64,000 nucleotides of DNA from the NCBI RefSeq assembly GCF_037042905.1, contig NC_087252.1, positions 25,546,001 through 25,610,000 of the forward strand. Reading direction: 5' to 3'. The stretch comes from Lytechinus pictus (Eukaryota). Below, piece by piece: positions 39,965 through 51,600 of the stretch; the stretch's first letter is position 1, and every line of letters begins with the position of its first letter. Under the pieces are notes generated by a model. The model was not told the origin of the DNA. It did no database searches and was given only the letters and a program-made list of their open reading frames with translations. Position numbers and translations under genes: made by a program.

Positions 39965-40450
39965 GGAGTGTTGTGACCCAGTGGATTAGTCTCCGGACTT
40001 TGAAATAGAGGGTCATGGGTTCAAATCTAAGCCATGGCGTAATTTCCTTTAGCAAGGAATTCATCCAGTGTGTGCTGCACTCGACCCAGGTGATGTAAAT
40101 GGGTACCGGCAGGAAGTAATTCTTCAATAAGCTGTGTGCGCCTTAATCGGTTGCCTAGCTTAACCGGGGTAATAATAATATTTCATTTCATTTATCGGTT
40201 TCTGCAACACTTTTTCATAAACACATTATCAAAGAAAATACAATAATAATATACGTATAACTGACAAGCAAAACATTGAACAAAATCGCATTTTCTATAC
40301 ATATCAATTTTAGAAGGTTGCAGGGGTTGCCACTATACGCTGAGCTTGACTGCGTGGCAACCCCAGTATCAAGACCTTTTTTAAAGCGCCATGAGCACCG
40401 AGAGGTGGACATGTGTGCTGTAGCCACCATTATTATTGTTATCATTATTA
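39965..40450 (+). mobile_element. tRNA-derived SINE, interrupted at ~40175-40375
   Basis: A-box-like tgacccagtgg, B-box ggttcaaatc, central acccaggtgatgtaaatgggtacc, and a tail aaagcgccatgag...(ATT)n. Confidence 0.7.
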
Positions 40451-40999
40451 AGTAATATGTAATGACCATCCCTATAAGCGTACTTTTTTAATATCGCCGG
40501 AGCCTTTCAATGCTCTACAACAATGCATAATATCGAGAAAACATAACGAAAAACTAAGATATTGACGAAAATAGAACAAAATAACCATCTGCCCATTAAA
40601 CAAATGCGCATGAAGTTATAATACAGACCTATACAGATTGAACCCCGAAATAACTAATGGAATAAAATATAATACAAATGTCATTAAGAAAAGTTTTTGC
40701 CGTTAGAAGCCTATGGATGAAAAGATTTGTAAGGTATACGAAAGGGGAAAGTTGTCTAAACACAAATCTCTAACATTATATCTCAAGTAATTTTCTTTCG
40801 TCCAGCGACTATTTTCTATAAATCAAAAGCTTTAGGTAAATCATTCTAATGTAAACGACACTTGTGCGAGCAAATCACACTCTGGTTAGCATCTTTTGAA
40901 TGCTCCCTAGTCTATACTTGTTCAAGATCATGATGACACTAATTATTTTATATAAACCATTTCATCATTGATTACCTTGTGAACAGCTTAATGCAAACA

Positions 41000-42150
41000 T
41001 TATTGATAATTATACCATCCACATAATTATTACGGTCACTATTTTGTTGAAGTCTAATACACGCCATCTGAAACAACAAAGAAATATACAAAACTGCAAG
41101 TTCATATATACACATATTCACACATTAATAATCACAATACCATCCATACCAACTATTACGGCCATTATTGTGTTGCAGTCTAATACATACAATATGAAAC
41201 AGCAAAGAAATATACAAAACTGCAAGTTCATATATACACATATTCAAACATTCATAATCACAATACCATCCATACCAACTATTTCGGCCATTATTGTGTT
41301 GCAGTCTAATACATACAATATCAAACAGCAAAGAAATAAACAAAACTGCAAGTTCATATATACACATATTCAAACATTACTAATCACAATACCATCCATA
41401 CCAACTATTTCGGCCATTATTGTGTTGCAGTCTAATACACGCCATATGAAACATCAAAGAAATATACAAAACTGCAAGTTCATATATACACATATTCAAA
41501 CATTAATAATCACAATACCATCCATACCAACTATTTCGGCCATTATTGTGTTGCAGTCTAATACACATAATATGAAACAGCAAAGAAATATACAAAACTG
41601 CAAGTTCATATATACACATATTCAAACATTAATAATCACAATACCATCCATACCAACTATTTCGGCCATTATTGTGTTGCAGTCTAATACATACAATATG
41701 AATTAGCAAAGAAATATACAAAACTGCAAGTTCATATATACACATATTCAAACATTGATACTCACAATACCATCCATACCACTTAACTATTACGGCCATT
41801 ATTTTGTTGCAGTCTAATGCATACAATATGAAACAGCAAATAAATATACAAAGCTGCAATTCATACATACATATATTCAAACATTACTAATCATGATACC
41901 ACCCATACCACATAACTGTTACGGTCATTATTGTGTTGGAGTCTAATAACTAACAATATAAAACAGCAAAGAAATATACAAAATTGCAATTTCATTTCAC
42001 ACATACACATATTGAAACATAAATAATCATAATGCTATCCATACCACATAACTATTAGGTCATTATTATGTTGCAGACTAATAAACACAATATGAAACAG
42101 GTGATCAACGAAATATACAAAGCTACAATTTCATATGTACATATTCAATG
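41000..42150. repeat. 126-bp tandem repeat, about 9 copies, diverging at the edges
   Basis: aagttcatatatacacatattc recurs at 41098, 41224, 41350 and onward (period 126). Confidence 0.92.
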
Positions 42151-45100
42151 CAAAGTAGTATACACTTGAATAAAAACAAAATGTTACATCATAATTTTCA
42201 CCAAGACGCCAAAACTGACGAACTAATTTATGAAGTTATATTATTAAGACCCCAAGATCTATATGCCTATGAGGGTTCTATTTTACCATCAGACAAATGT
42301 GTATCAGATTGAAGTTTACAGTGTGATTACATGAATAAGATGATAGTATCAATATATAGAACAACAGTCTCATGAGGATATGAAACATTGTTCAACATCT
42401 TATTTGCGTTCCTGTTTGGTCGAAATAACACTTATATATTGTTGAATTTATCATTACCCGGGGAACAGAATACTGCAAGCATTTGCTGATGAATGTATCA
42501 TCCACATCTCATATAAGTGTTTATACAACGACAATATTATTGGTGTACAAACAAGAAAATTATATCTTTATAATAAGAATAGCTGCTAATCAGTTGTGGC
42601 AGCCAGAATATAAACTCTTCCAAATGAATTGATATATTTATTATCTAAGGAACCAGTAAACTGATAATTAATGCATGGAGTTTCAGTAAGGCAATAGCAA
42701 CATATTGACATATTTACATGCATGTACTATACACTACGACAACCTTTTAGTCATTTTCATTCTATTCTTGCATGATGTTCTTCTTTAGTAATTTTTTAAA
42801 GGAACTGACTGAAGTTTTCCATTTCATAATTCTGGTATAGCATTCCACATGTCAGATTCACAAAGTGCTATCGGCTTTTTGTCTTATTCTATATGGAATT
42901 AAGTCAGGTAACAAGTGTGTATTAACAAGGCCAATAATATAAGACTAAACAGGCACAAAACAAGAAATGTATACATCCTGCTTAAATAAAATTATATATA
43001 AAACTATTATTAAGTCATAATTGCTACCAAATGAAAAATTGATACATGGAAATTTACTCTTGGTGTGTAAAAGGTCTATACAACGATGGGAGCTTTCTTC
43101 TGCATGAGATAAATGCACATCCTTTTGTAATGTATTTAAATACACAGTGTAATTTCATATAACAAGATGATAGTACCACTCAGTGGGGGGAAACCATATA
43201 CGATTTGTTAAAAGATCAATATGGTTTCTTTGTGAGCTAAAAATCATGACACTCATGAATAGCACTTTATCTAAATTTTCTCAATTGCGGAATATACATC
43301 TATAATCGTAACTGAATACCGTATGACAATTATGTCAATGACAAAAAGACGTGATTGGTGCGGTAATGAATTGATGATTACATAACATAAATGTACATAC
43401 CTCTCAATTAAATTTGTCGAAAGGAAATGATTGGTAAGATTTAAAATGAATATATGTATATTCAAACTAAATGTGTAAACGAAAAGAGCATGAATCGTTG
43501 GAACATAAATCAATATATCACACAATGTACATAACATACCGTACTTCACAGAACATGATCGGTGACTGTGAATGTGATTATGAAAGATGTAATCTCGCAA
43601 CATATTTCTGGACCCATATTTATATATATATATAATTTATTCATTTCATAGTAGTGTTGAATCGGTAATAATTTTTCCAGATTCTTGCTTAAATTGATCT
43701 AGAATGGGCTGCTTTTAACAATCCAAATAATATATACATGCTAATATTTATAATACGATACAATGCAATATTGGCGTTTATACAGCGATCGTTATTAAAG
43801 GTTTCAAATATCACATCACTATACACAAATTCACATAACACATGGTATACATAACATGATAAAAGTAGCATAGCTTGATTATGAAACTTCACTAAACATA
43901 CTGATATTGAATTATAATAGGATGTACAAATAATATACATTCAATTGGTAAAGTGATGGGCTGTTTGAGAATTCTATAGGACTTGCAACTCAATCAACAG
44001 TCGTCATGTATATTAGACAGCAGTGAAAAGGACCTGTCACCAGTCCTGTAAGGGCCCAAAACCTTTTACCCGAAGAATACAGTTGGGTTCTTGGTAAAAC
44101 AGAACTTTCATTTGTGGTAGCCATGGAATATCATTAGATAAGAGGGAGCGCTATTTTGGAGGCATACCTAGATAATTCTGGTTAGTTTATTGCTATTGAA
44201 AAAGGCGCTTGAAGGCAGAAAGGTTCAGTTACACAAATAATACTCTCCCTGCTTTACATCGGAACCCTCCACATAGCATAAACACAGATGAAGAACATCA
44301 TTAATAAATACATTATAAATCTGAATTAAAAACAATTCAAAACCACAAACATATCCAATTAGGACATAAACAATTTTCAAGAGTAGCTGACCGAGGATGG
44401 TGTACTTCCAATGGCTGTCATTTCCAGTTACGCTTTCATGAAGATCATTCATATTTAACACAGTCATGATAGCACTTGCAACGAGCTAACACATGTACAT
44501 AGACAATTTATCATTTTTGTTTACGATATGATTTTTACGCTAGTTATGATTTTTTTCTATAGATTAACTGTTGTATTTCTTTAAGTATTTTTCTTTGTAT
44601 TGACGATGATCCAAAAATGTGGAATAAACAGATGTAATTTAATTTATAATACCTCTAGGGATTCTCTACATCTGTTTATTGATTAATCTGAAAATGTGGA
44701 TTTTTCTCGTTTGTTTCATTAAATTGGTGTAATTTAATTTGCTCCATCTCGGTATTCTCTTCATCTGCTCATTAACTAATTACCAAGTTCACAATGAAAA
44801 GGGGATTTCAGGTTTCAAATCACTGGTTTGAATGTAGTTGTAGACTCTTCCCTTTTTCAAACTTCGTTTCATCTTTGATGGCATTTGGACGGTAGAAAGA
44901 CTGTTACTGTTTTTAATTATATGTTATTTCCCTGGTTTAGTTGCAACGATAGTAGCAAGAGTAATGTCAGCTACACATAATTTCAATAACTTTCTAGCCA
45001 AAATCCATGGTAGCTCATCAGCAGTCATTTCGGTTACTGTGTGCATGTTTGTAATAAATCCCGCAGCTGATCACCACAGACTACAATTTGCCGTCTATGA

Positions 45101-45294
45101 ATAACCTGACGATGGATGATTACTTCACTGAAGCCATAACACATAATGTGTCGATTTGGGACCATATGTTCTTGAATATCTTCTTCAACAAGAATTGCCA
45201 CCATCCCATCAGCTCTGTAATAGGGCATATAGATCTTCGTTTCTTTTTCGACCACCAGTATCATAAATAATTAAAAATTGTTCATGTGTAGTGA

Positions 45295-45620
45295 AGAGCT
45301 TGTGGATCTGGTGCAGAATGCTGCAGGTCAGTTTGAGAGATGAAAACGGGTGTATGGATTCAGGAGAAAATCTGAATCCCCAACGATGCCGAAGATGAAG
45401 GTCTGCTAATGCAGCTAAAGAAAATTATGCTCTATAAAAATAGTCAATGAAAAAGGCGACAAGATAGCTTAATACAAATGTCGGTGGAAGGTGAAGTAGA
45501 AGGGAAGGCCAGTCCAGGTCAGAGGAAGGCAGAGTGGATATATAGTATCATGGAGCTATTTAGCACCATGATAATATCAAGAATTGGAATGTGGGTGGAA
45601 CTACCATGGCAAATAATAAT
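45295..45620 (+). pseudogene. RTE-clade LINE 3' fragment
   Basis: Translates as LWIWCRMLQVS ... GLLMQLKK ... RRQDSLIQMSVEGEVEGKASPGQRKAEWIYSIME, matching the RTE ORF C-terminal motifs (MWIWRRMLRISW; EGKVEGKR.RGR...W). Confidence 0.7.
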
Positions 45621-45759
45621 GCATACATGAGAATGTCGATGAATCTTTGAGGACTCTGAAAACCAAAAGAGAGTATCACGTTAACCGTATTTAATGTGCC
45701 ATATTGACCTCTATATATTTTTAATTAGTCCATGTACCACACCACCATGACCACAGAGG

Positions 45760-46088
45760 TTCTAATGATGGATTTGCGCAGGTCTTTCAAGACATCTTAT
45801 TAGTAACCTTCATGATTCAGGTATGTCAGGAAAGGGTGCATTGTACATATCCTTTAGCTGGTGTTTGTAGGTTGCCATAAACCAGATCTAGTGTTTGGAC
45901 ACACTGCTGATAGGATCAGAAGCTATGCCCTAGTCTGACAGATAAGTCTTGTATTCTATATTCGGTTTACAGAGTTATCCATGATCTCGGTACCTAAGGT
46001 TACAATTACAGTCTAGCGGTTTCCGACTGTACTAAAAAGTTGCAGCTGTAATGACTGAGCCGTTTCTTTTAAATCCAGCTACACCACC
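45760..46088 (-). pseudogene. Orphaned, decayed C-terminal coding segment of the very large GTPase gene
   Basis: Continues GIGGV after the TSD: SWI*KKRLSHYSCNFLVQSE / ...EYKTYLSD*GIASDPISSVSKH*IWFMATYKHQLKDMYNAPFPDIPES*, resembling the GVIN1 C-terminus; at least 5 stops plus frameshifts. Confidence 0.82.
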
Positions 46089-46766
46089 GGTTTACTGACG
46101 GATGGTCTATTATCACTTGGTCTAATCATCAGATGGGCTAACAACATTCGGGCTAAACCCACTTAGTCCAATTCTCTTTTGGTCTAATGACCACTTGGTC
46201 TAATAGCCAATTAGTCTAATGACCACTTGGTCTAATATCCACTTGGTCTAATGGCCACTTGGTCTAATGTTCATTTGGTCTAATTGTCATTTCGTCAAAT
46301 GTATTTTATTGTCACTTGGTCTAATTGCATTTGGTCTAATACCAGTTCGTATAATAGTCGGTTGGTCTAATACTAGTTGGTCTAATACCAGTTGGTCTAA
46401 TCCTCACTTGGTCTATTATTCATTTGGTCTAATGTGCAGTTGGTCTAATTTCCAGATAGTTTAACATTCATTTCGTCTACATGCCATTTGGTCTAATTTG
46501 TAAAGTATGCATGGTGACTTCTTTTCAATTTTCTGGTGAAATTTTTAAAGTTACTTTCCGCGCGCCGGCTTCGAATCTTCACACGCGCGCCCCTCGATAT
46601 TGGAGTACAGGTAGAGTGACGTATATTTTTGAAGGTTTTGGTGAAAACAACAGAATTTGCTATTTATCTGTAAAATAATGCTAATATAGAGGTGAAAAAA
46701 TATGTTTATTTATTCACCTCTATGTATACGATCTACTGTAGATAGTTAACGCTGGCTTAACCCAAT

Positions 46767-47201
46767 CATGGTTCCCAACTTTTCAAGAAAACAAAAATCC
46801 CTGATATCTCTGATGAAGTTTAAAAATTCGTTGATAATTATTTAAACCCATTCCCAGTTTCTCATGTTTTCTAAGTTGTTGCAGTGAATCACATGTATTA
46901 TTATTATTTTAGTTATGCATGTATACTTAATGTTCCAGTAGGCCTATACTTGTATTGTAGTAGAAGAGGCTACACTAAAAAAAAAAACATAACATGTCAT
47001 TCAATGAATTTTGTTTTAATATACAACAAAATATAACAGAGTCTCACTGACTCTCATGCTTTCGACTTTTGGGCCCATCAAAATTCCCTGATTTTGCCCT
47101 CATTTGAGGCATTTTCCCCGGATTTGAGGCAAATCCTGACTGGAAAAACGTTTAAAAAAATCCCTGATTTCCTTGATTTCCCTGATGGGGTGGGAACCTT
47201 G
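46767..47201. mobile_element. MITE nested in the foldback element
   Basis: TIRs catggttccca / tgggaaccttg, subterminal ttccctga repeats, and CCAAT duplicated on both sides (candidate 5-bp TSD). Confidence 0.6.
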
Positions 47202-47832
47202 CCAATCCATTTTAAGGAAGAGGCGAAGAAGTAGAACAAAAACAGAATGAGAAGATATATGAGATGAATGACTACTGTGGTGATAACTGATAAAGGTCTG
47301 CAAGCGTAGACTACATGTATACAATGTTATTACACGTCAGAATGATGTGGCTGCTACCAAGATGGTCTCAGTGATGTTGTCGCAGCTAACCCAATAGACC
47401 TGTATACAGTGTATAGTGTTATCAAAATATATCTAACTGGTCTGTTATTTGCCTCCAAATTTACTATTGAAATAACTAAACAAATATTCATAACATAATT
47501 GCATGATCTAATGGCTTTGTAAGTTTTGGAATCCCCCAAACTACATAACTAGGCCGTCAAGTTCAAGAATCGTCCGTAATGGTGCATAACAATTATTTAA
47601 AAGAGGCATAAACATGTTTACCAGATACGTATCCACACAATCAATTACATTATATTTTCGTTCCTTTCTTCATAATAATTTTATTCTGATGAAACCCCGC
47701 CATTCGACCATTATAAGCTACGAGGTCCCCAACTTATTGTTCTGTAAATGTGCATGCGGTGATGCAATGATTATGAGTATGATATAATTTGTATCATCAT
47801 TTTATAATCGATATACAGGCCTAATTATTTGT

Positions 47833-48040
47833 GAGCGTGCCGTGGCCGAGTGGTCTAAGGCGCCTGGGTATACATGAAAAAGTCCGGGGTTCGATCCCCG
47901 GCCGCGGCAGCTATGCCCATGAGCAAGGCATTTAATCTCTAATGCTCTTTTATCCTGCTTTCAAATAAATGGAAATGCTACATGCATTAATGGTAACTAG
48001 GTGTGAACTTGTTAAAAAAAAAAATAATAAAAAAAAAAAT
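47833..48040 (+). mobile_element. tRNA-derived SINE nested in the foldback element
   Basis: A-box tggccgagtgg, B-box ggttcgatccc, non-tRNA body and A-rich tail (48013-48039). Confidence 0.75.
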
Positions 48041-48664
48041 TATGAGAATTATTTTATTAGAATAATTAATTTGATGAGCGACTATCTTGTCATCGATAGT
48101 CATTCACGGTGAGGTTTTGCGCCCACCAGCTCTATCCCTCCGGATCCTGGCGATATGTATTAACGGATGCATGGTATTTATCCATTACGTACCATATTTG
48201 CTAATTCTAGATAAAATGAATAATAATGATGCTATTATTAGTATAAATGGACATTAGACCAAGTGTGAATTAGACCAAATGGAAATTAGACCAAGTGACG
48301 ATTATCCCAACTGGTTATTAGACCAATTGGTTATTAGACCATCTGGCTATTAGACCAAGTGGTCATTAGACCAATTGGATATTAGACCAAGTGGAAATTA
48401 GACTAAATGGAAATTAGACCAAGTGGAAATTAGACCAAACGGTCATTAGACCATGTGGCAAATAGACAAAGTGATAATTAGACCAAGTGGACATTAGCCA
48501 AAGTGGAAATTAGACCAAGTGGTGTTAGACCAACTGAAAATTAGACTAAATGATTTTAGCCCAACTGCTCATTAGACCAATTGGATATTAGACCAAGCGG
48601 GAATTAGACGAATTTGATATTAGACGAACTGGTTGTAGACGAAATGAGTTTAGACTATGTGAAG

Positions 48665-51600
48665 TTAGACGAACTCCATATGCTGATGGCACTCAGCAAT
48701 ACCATGTGGTATTAGACTATCCGATAATTCACCACACCACCAATTCCCATTGGTCTGTGATATGCAAGCGTGATTCCTCCCATGTAAATCATTATGGTCT
48801 GGCGTGGTGTCTGTACAAGGCTCTTTACAAAACGGGCACACATCAGGACATCCCCATATCTTATCCAGAATTTGCTGTGGTGGCGGTGTTCCATCCCAAT
48901 GAACAGTGTGTTCTGTTTCATTGCTAAAGGCCTTCTCCAGACTAGCTTGGGTTTTATCCAGCGTGTCCAGGATGATCCTGTTCAGATTGTTGAAATTCAC
49001 CACTGATCGAGAACTCACACAGGTCAGGGAACTGACTGGTACCGCTATTTCCTCAGAGACTCCTTGGCAGAATTTATCAATCCACAGTGCCATCTGCATG
49101 TCTTTGTGCCGCCCGACCTCAGCAGTTGCATTTTCAACACTTTTCGTAATACATCGCTTGATTCTTAAAATATGGCTCTTAGCCAGTTCTGCATACCTGG
49201 ACATGCCACTTACATCATGTCTAGAAAACATCTTCTCGTTTGTGTACTTGGTAATCCAGCTTAGAGTACGCTCTTTGGGATTCTGGAAATAGGATTTGAA
49301 TTTCTTGATTTTTTCTTTTGTAGCCAGGTCATCCATCATTTTCACAATCAGGTAGTACTTTGTCATCTGGAAGTCTCTGAGAACTTCATCAATGCATTTG
49401 ATTGGAATTGCCTTCTTTACTGCCTCCTGAACTACTCCCTTCAAATGTGTGCATAAGAGGTCACCTGCAATGACCTCTTCAGTGCTGTGCTTGACCTTAT
49501 ACTTGAAAAGACTCCATGCGGTATACTTGTAGTCTTCTATCTTGGCCTTCAATCCATATTTGTTATTGTACTTTAATTGCATCAAATTGAACACCTGAAC
49601 GCAGTGACGGCTAACATGAACTGCCAGTTTAACAACATATTTACGTGTAATCTTGAAGCTGCAGTGTCTAGACACATTTGCATTTATATTGTAAGTATCA
49701 ATAGTCTGCACGAGATTTTCTATGACACATTTTGCACTTGTTACTTGGAATTTCACACTGTGAATAGACATGTTGTGTAAATAAGAGCTTATTTCTTCCA
49801 TGATTCTGCCTGTCAGTTTCACTGTCTCTTGTTTTGCCTGTAACACTGGGTTTGTGATACCATAAACATAGCTTACTTTTTTAAATAAGTCCATTGTAAC
49901 GCTGATGTGCTCGACATTTCTAACATCATCTACAGTGATACTGCCTTTCAAGGATGTCTGCTCAAGTGGAATATTCAGAGGATGGAGCTTTAGCTCGTCC
50001 ATAAGAATATGGATGTGCCCATGAAATATTTTGCAAAGAATATCCTCCATCACAACATCCATCTCTATATTTTTGTCTGGGTTCATAGCTGCAAGCTCGT
50101 GCACCAATGACATCCACATGATATCAAACCTCCTTTTTACATGTTCTAGCCCGTAATCAGTCGGTTCTTTGCCTTTTATTTCTGCCAGTTCGACTGCCTT
50201 GTTCATGATATATTCCTCGTGCTTTCGCCACTTTTCTTGCTGCAAGATCTCCTCTTGACGTCCTTCTTTTATTGAGAGTAGGTCTGCCTTTGCATCATGA
50301 TGTTGGTGCTCAATTACAAAGTTCAGCTGTTTCAGCTTTGGCTCCTTCCATGGGATAGTTATTTCCCGCAGCTTGTAGTTCTCGAAGAAATCCTTCAGAG
50401 GTATCTTAATTTTTGCACCCTTTTCAGTCAGAACCTCTGAGAGTTTTACTATGAGGGACCGAAAGGAATTTTCTAGGTCATCGATAGTTTGGCATATTTT
50501 CAACTTTATCTCTGCGGTGTGTAGCCAAGATTTAAATTCGTTTTGCAACTGCCATTCCAAAGTATAGCATTTGGATTGCATATCATTGTAGGCTTTATTC
50601 TCAAGACTGTTGCGGAATCCAAAGACAACGTCACCAGCAAGGATCCCATTCCATAGACCAGCAAGGCAAAAGGACAGTTCAGAAGGTGTCAGAAATGTCG
50701 TCTGCCTTTTTGCAATATCTCCTAAAACGTTTAACCTGACCACACCCACCTTTTCACTGTATCCAGGATTCGCAGGGGCCAAGTGTGGATTGCCATGCCA
50801 CAGATCAGGGAAGTACCAGACATGAGTCTGGGCATCAAAACTGATAATCTGGGAGAAATTATGAATATCTTCTGTGTTCTTACTGGAGGCTGTCTCTTTG
50901 GTGATTTTATCCAAGCTCTCCTCTAATTCTTGATTTCTGTATACCATCACTTCTTCATTTGCTCTTGGGACATTCTGATGAACAAATATGCAGCTTCTAT
51001 TATCCCGGATCCGCTTCCAGACAAGATTCATCTCGAAGAATGCATGTACTGCGATGTCGAGAATGTTTTTACTTTTAGCAGCGTTTTCTCCTTTTATGTT
51101 AATCAGTGTCACATTTCCAAGACCAATTACGAGAGTTGCAAGGTCATTATCACGATAGTCTTTAGGTTGTCCCAGTTTCTGCGCCCCAAGTCCCTCTGTA
51201 TCCACAACAGCAACGAAATCAAATGGCAAATCAGCGCTACCATCTACTGGAATGAGTTGCATGTATACTCCCCTTGTGCATCTACCTCCGCTGACAGCGA
51301 ACTGCAACCCAAACATGGTATTCAGAAGCGTAGATTTCCCAGAGCTCTGCATTCCCAAGATCGAGAGAACAAACATTTTTTTTCCTGCAATAATATTTTC
51401 AAGTTTACCCAGCACTGCGCTAACCCATTTAATAGGGACACTTGAGTTGTCTCCGTCTACCAACTGCAAGGGGATGCCCTTCAACAGCAGTTTGGCAGTG
51501 ATTTCTGGCAGATACTCCACTTCTGCCCGAGTATCCTTTCCTATTTTGTCGCTTCCCATTCTCACTTCGTAAATATTCCCTAGTTCTCTGAAAATGTTTT

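Larger units (their letters stand above)
46089..48733. mobile_element. Foldback/TU-like transposon (2645 bp) inserted in the GTPase coding exon
   Basis: Perfect 8-bp TSD ACACCACC (46081-46088, 48734-48741). Imperfect TIRs ggtttactgacggatggtcta / tagactatccgataattcacc. Inverted arms of ~16-bp TTGGTCTAAT units (46100-46500) and ATTAGACCAA units (48250-48720). Confidence 0.9.

Noticed and set aside
47833..47910. tRNA gene
   Set aside because: A and B boxes are present, but the anticodon arm does not fold well and the sequence continues into a SINE body and A tail. The same applies at 39965.
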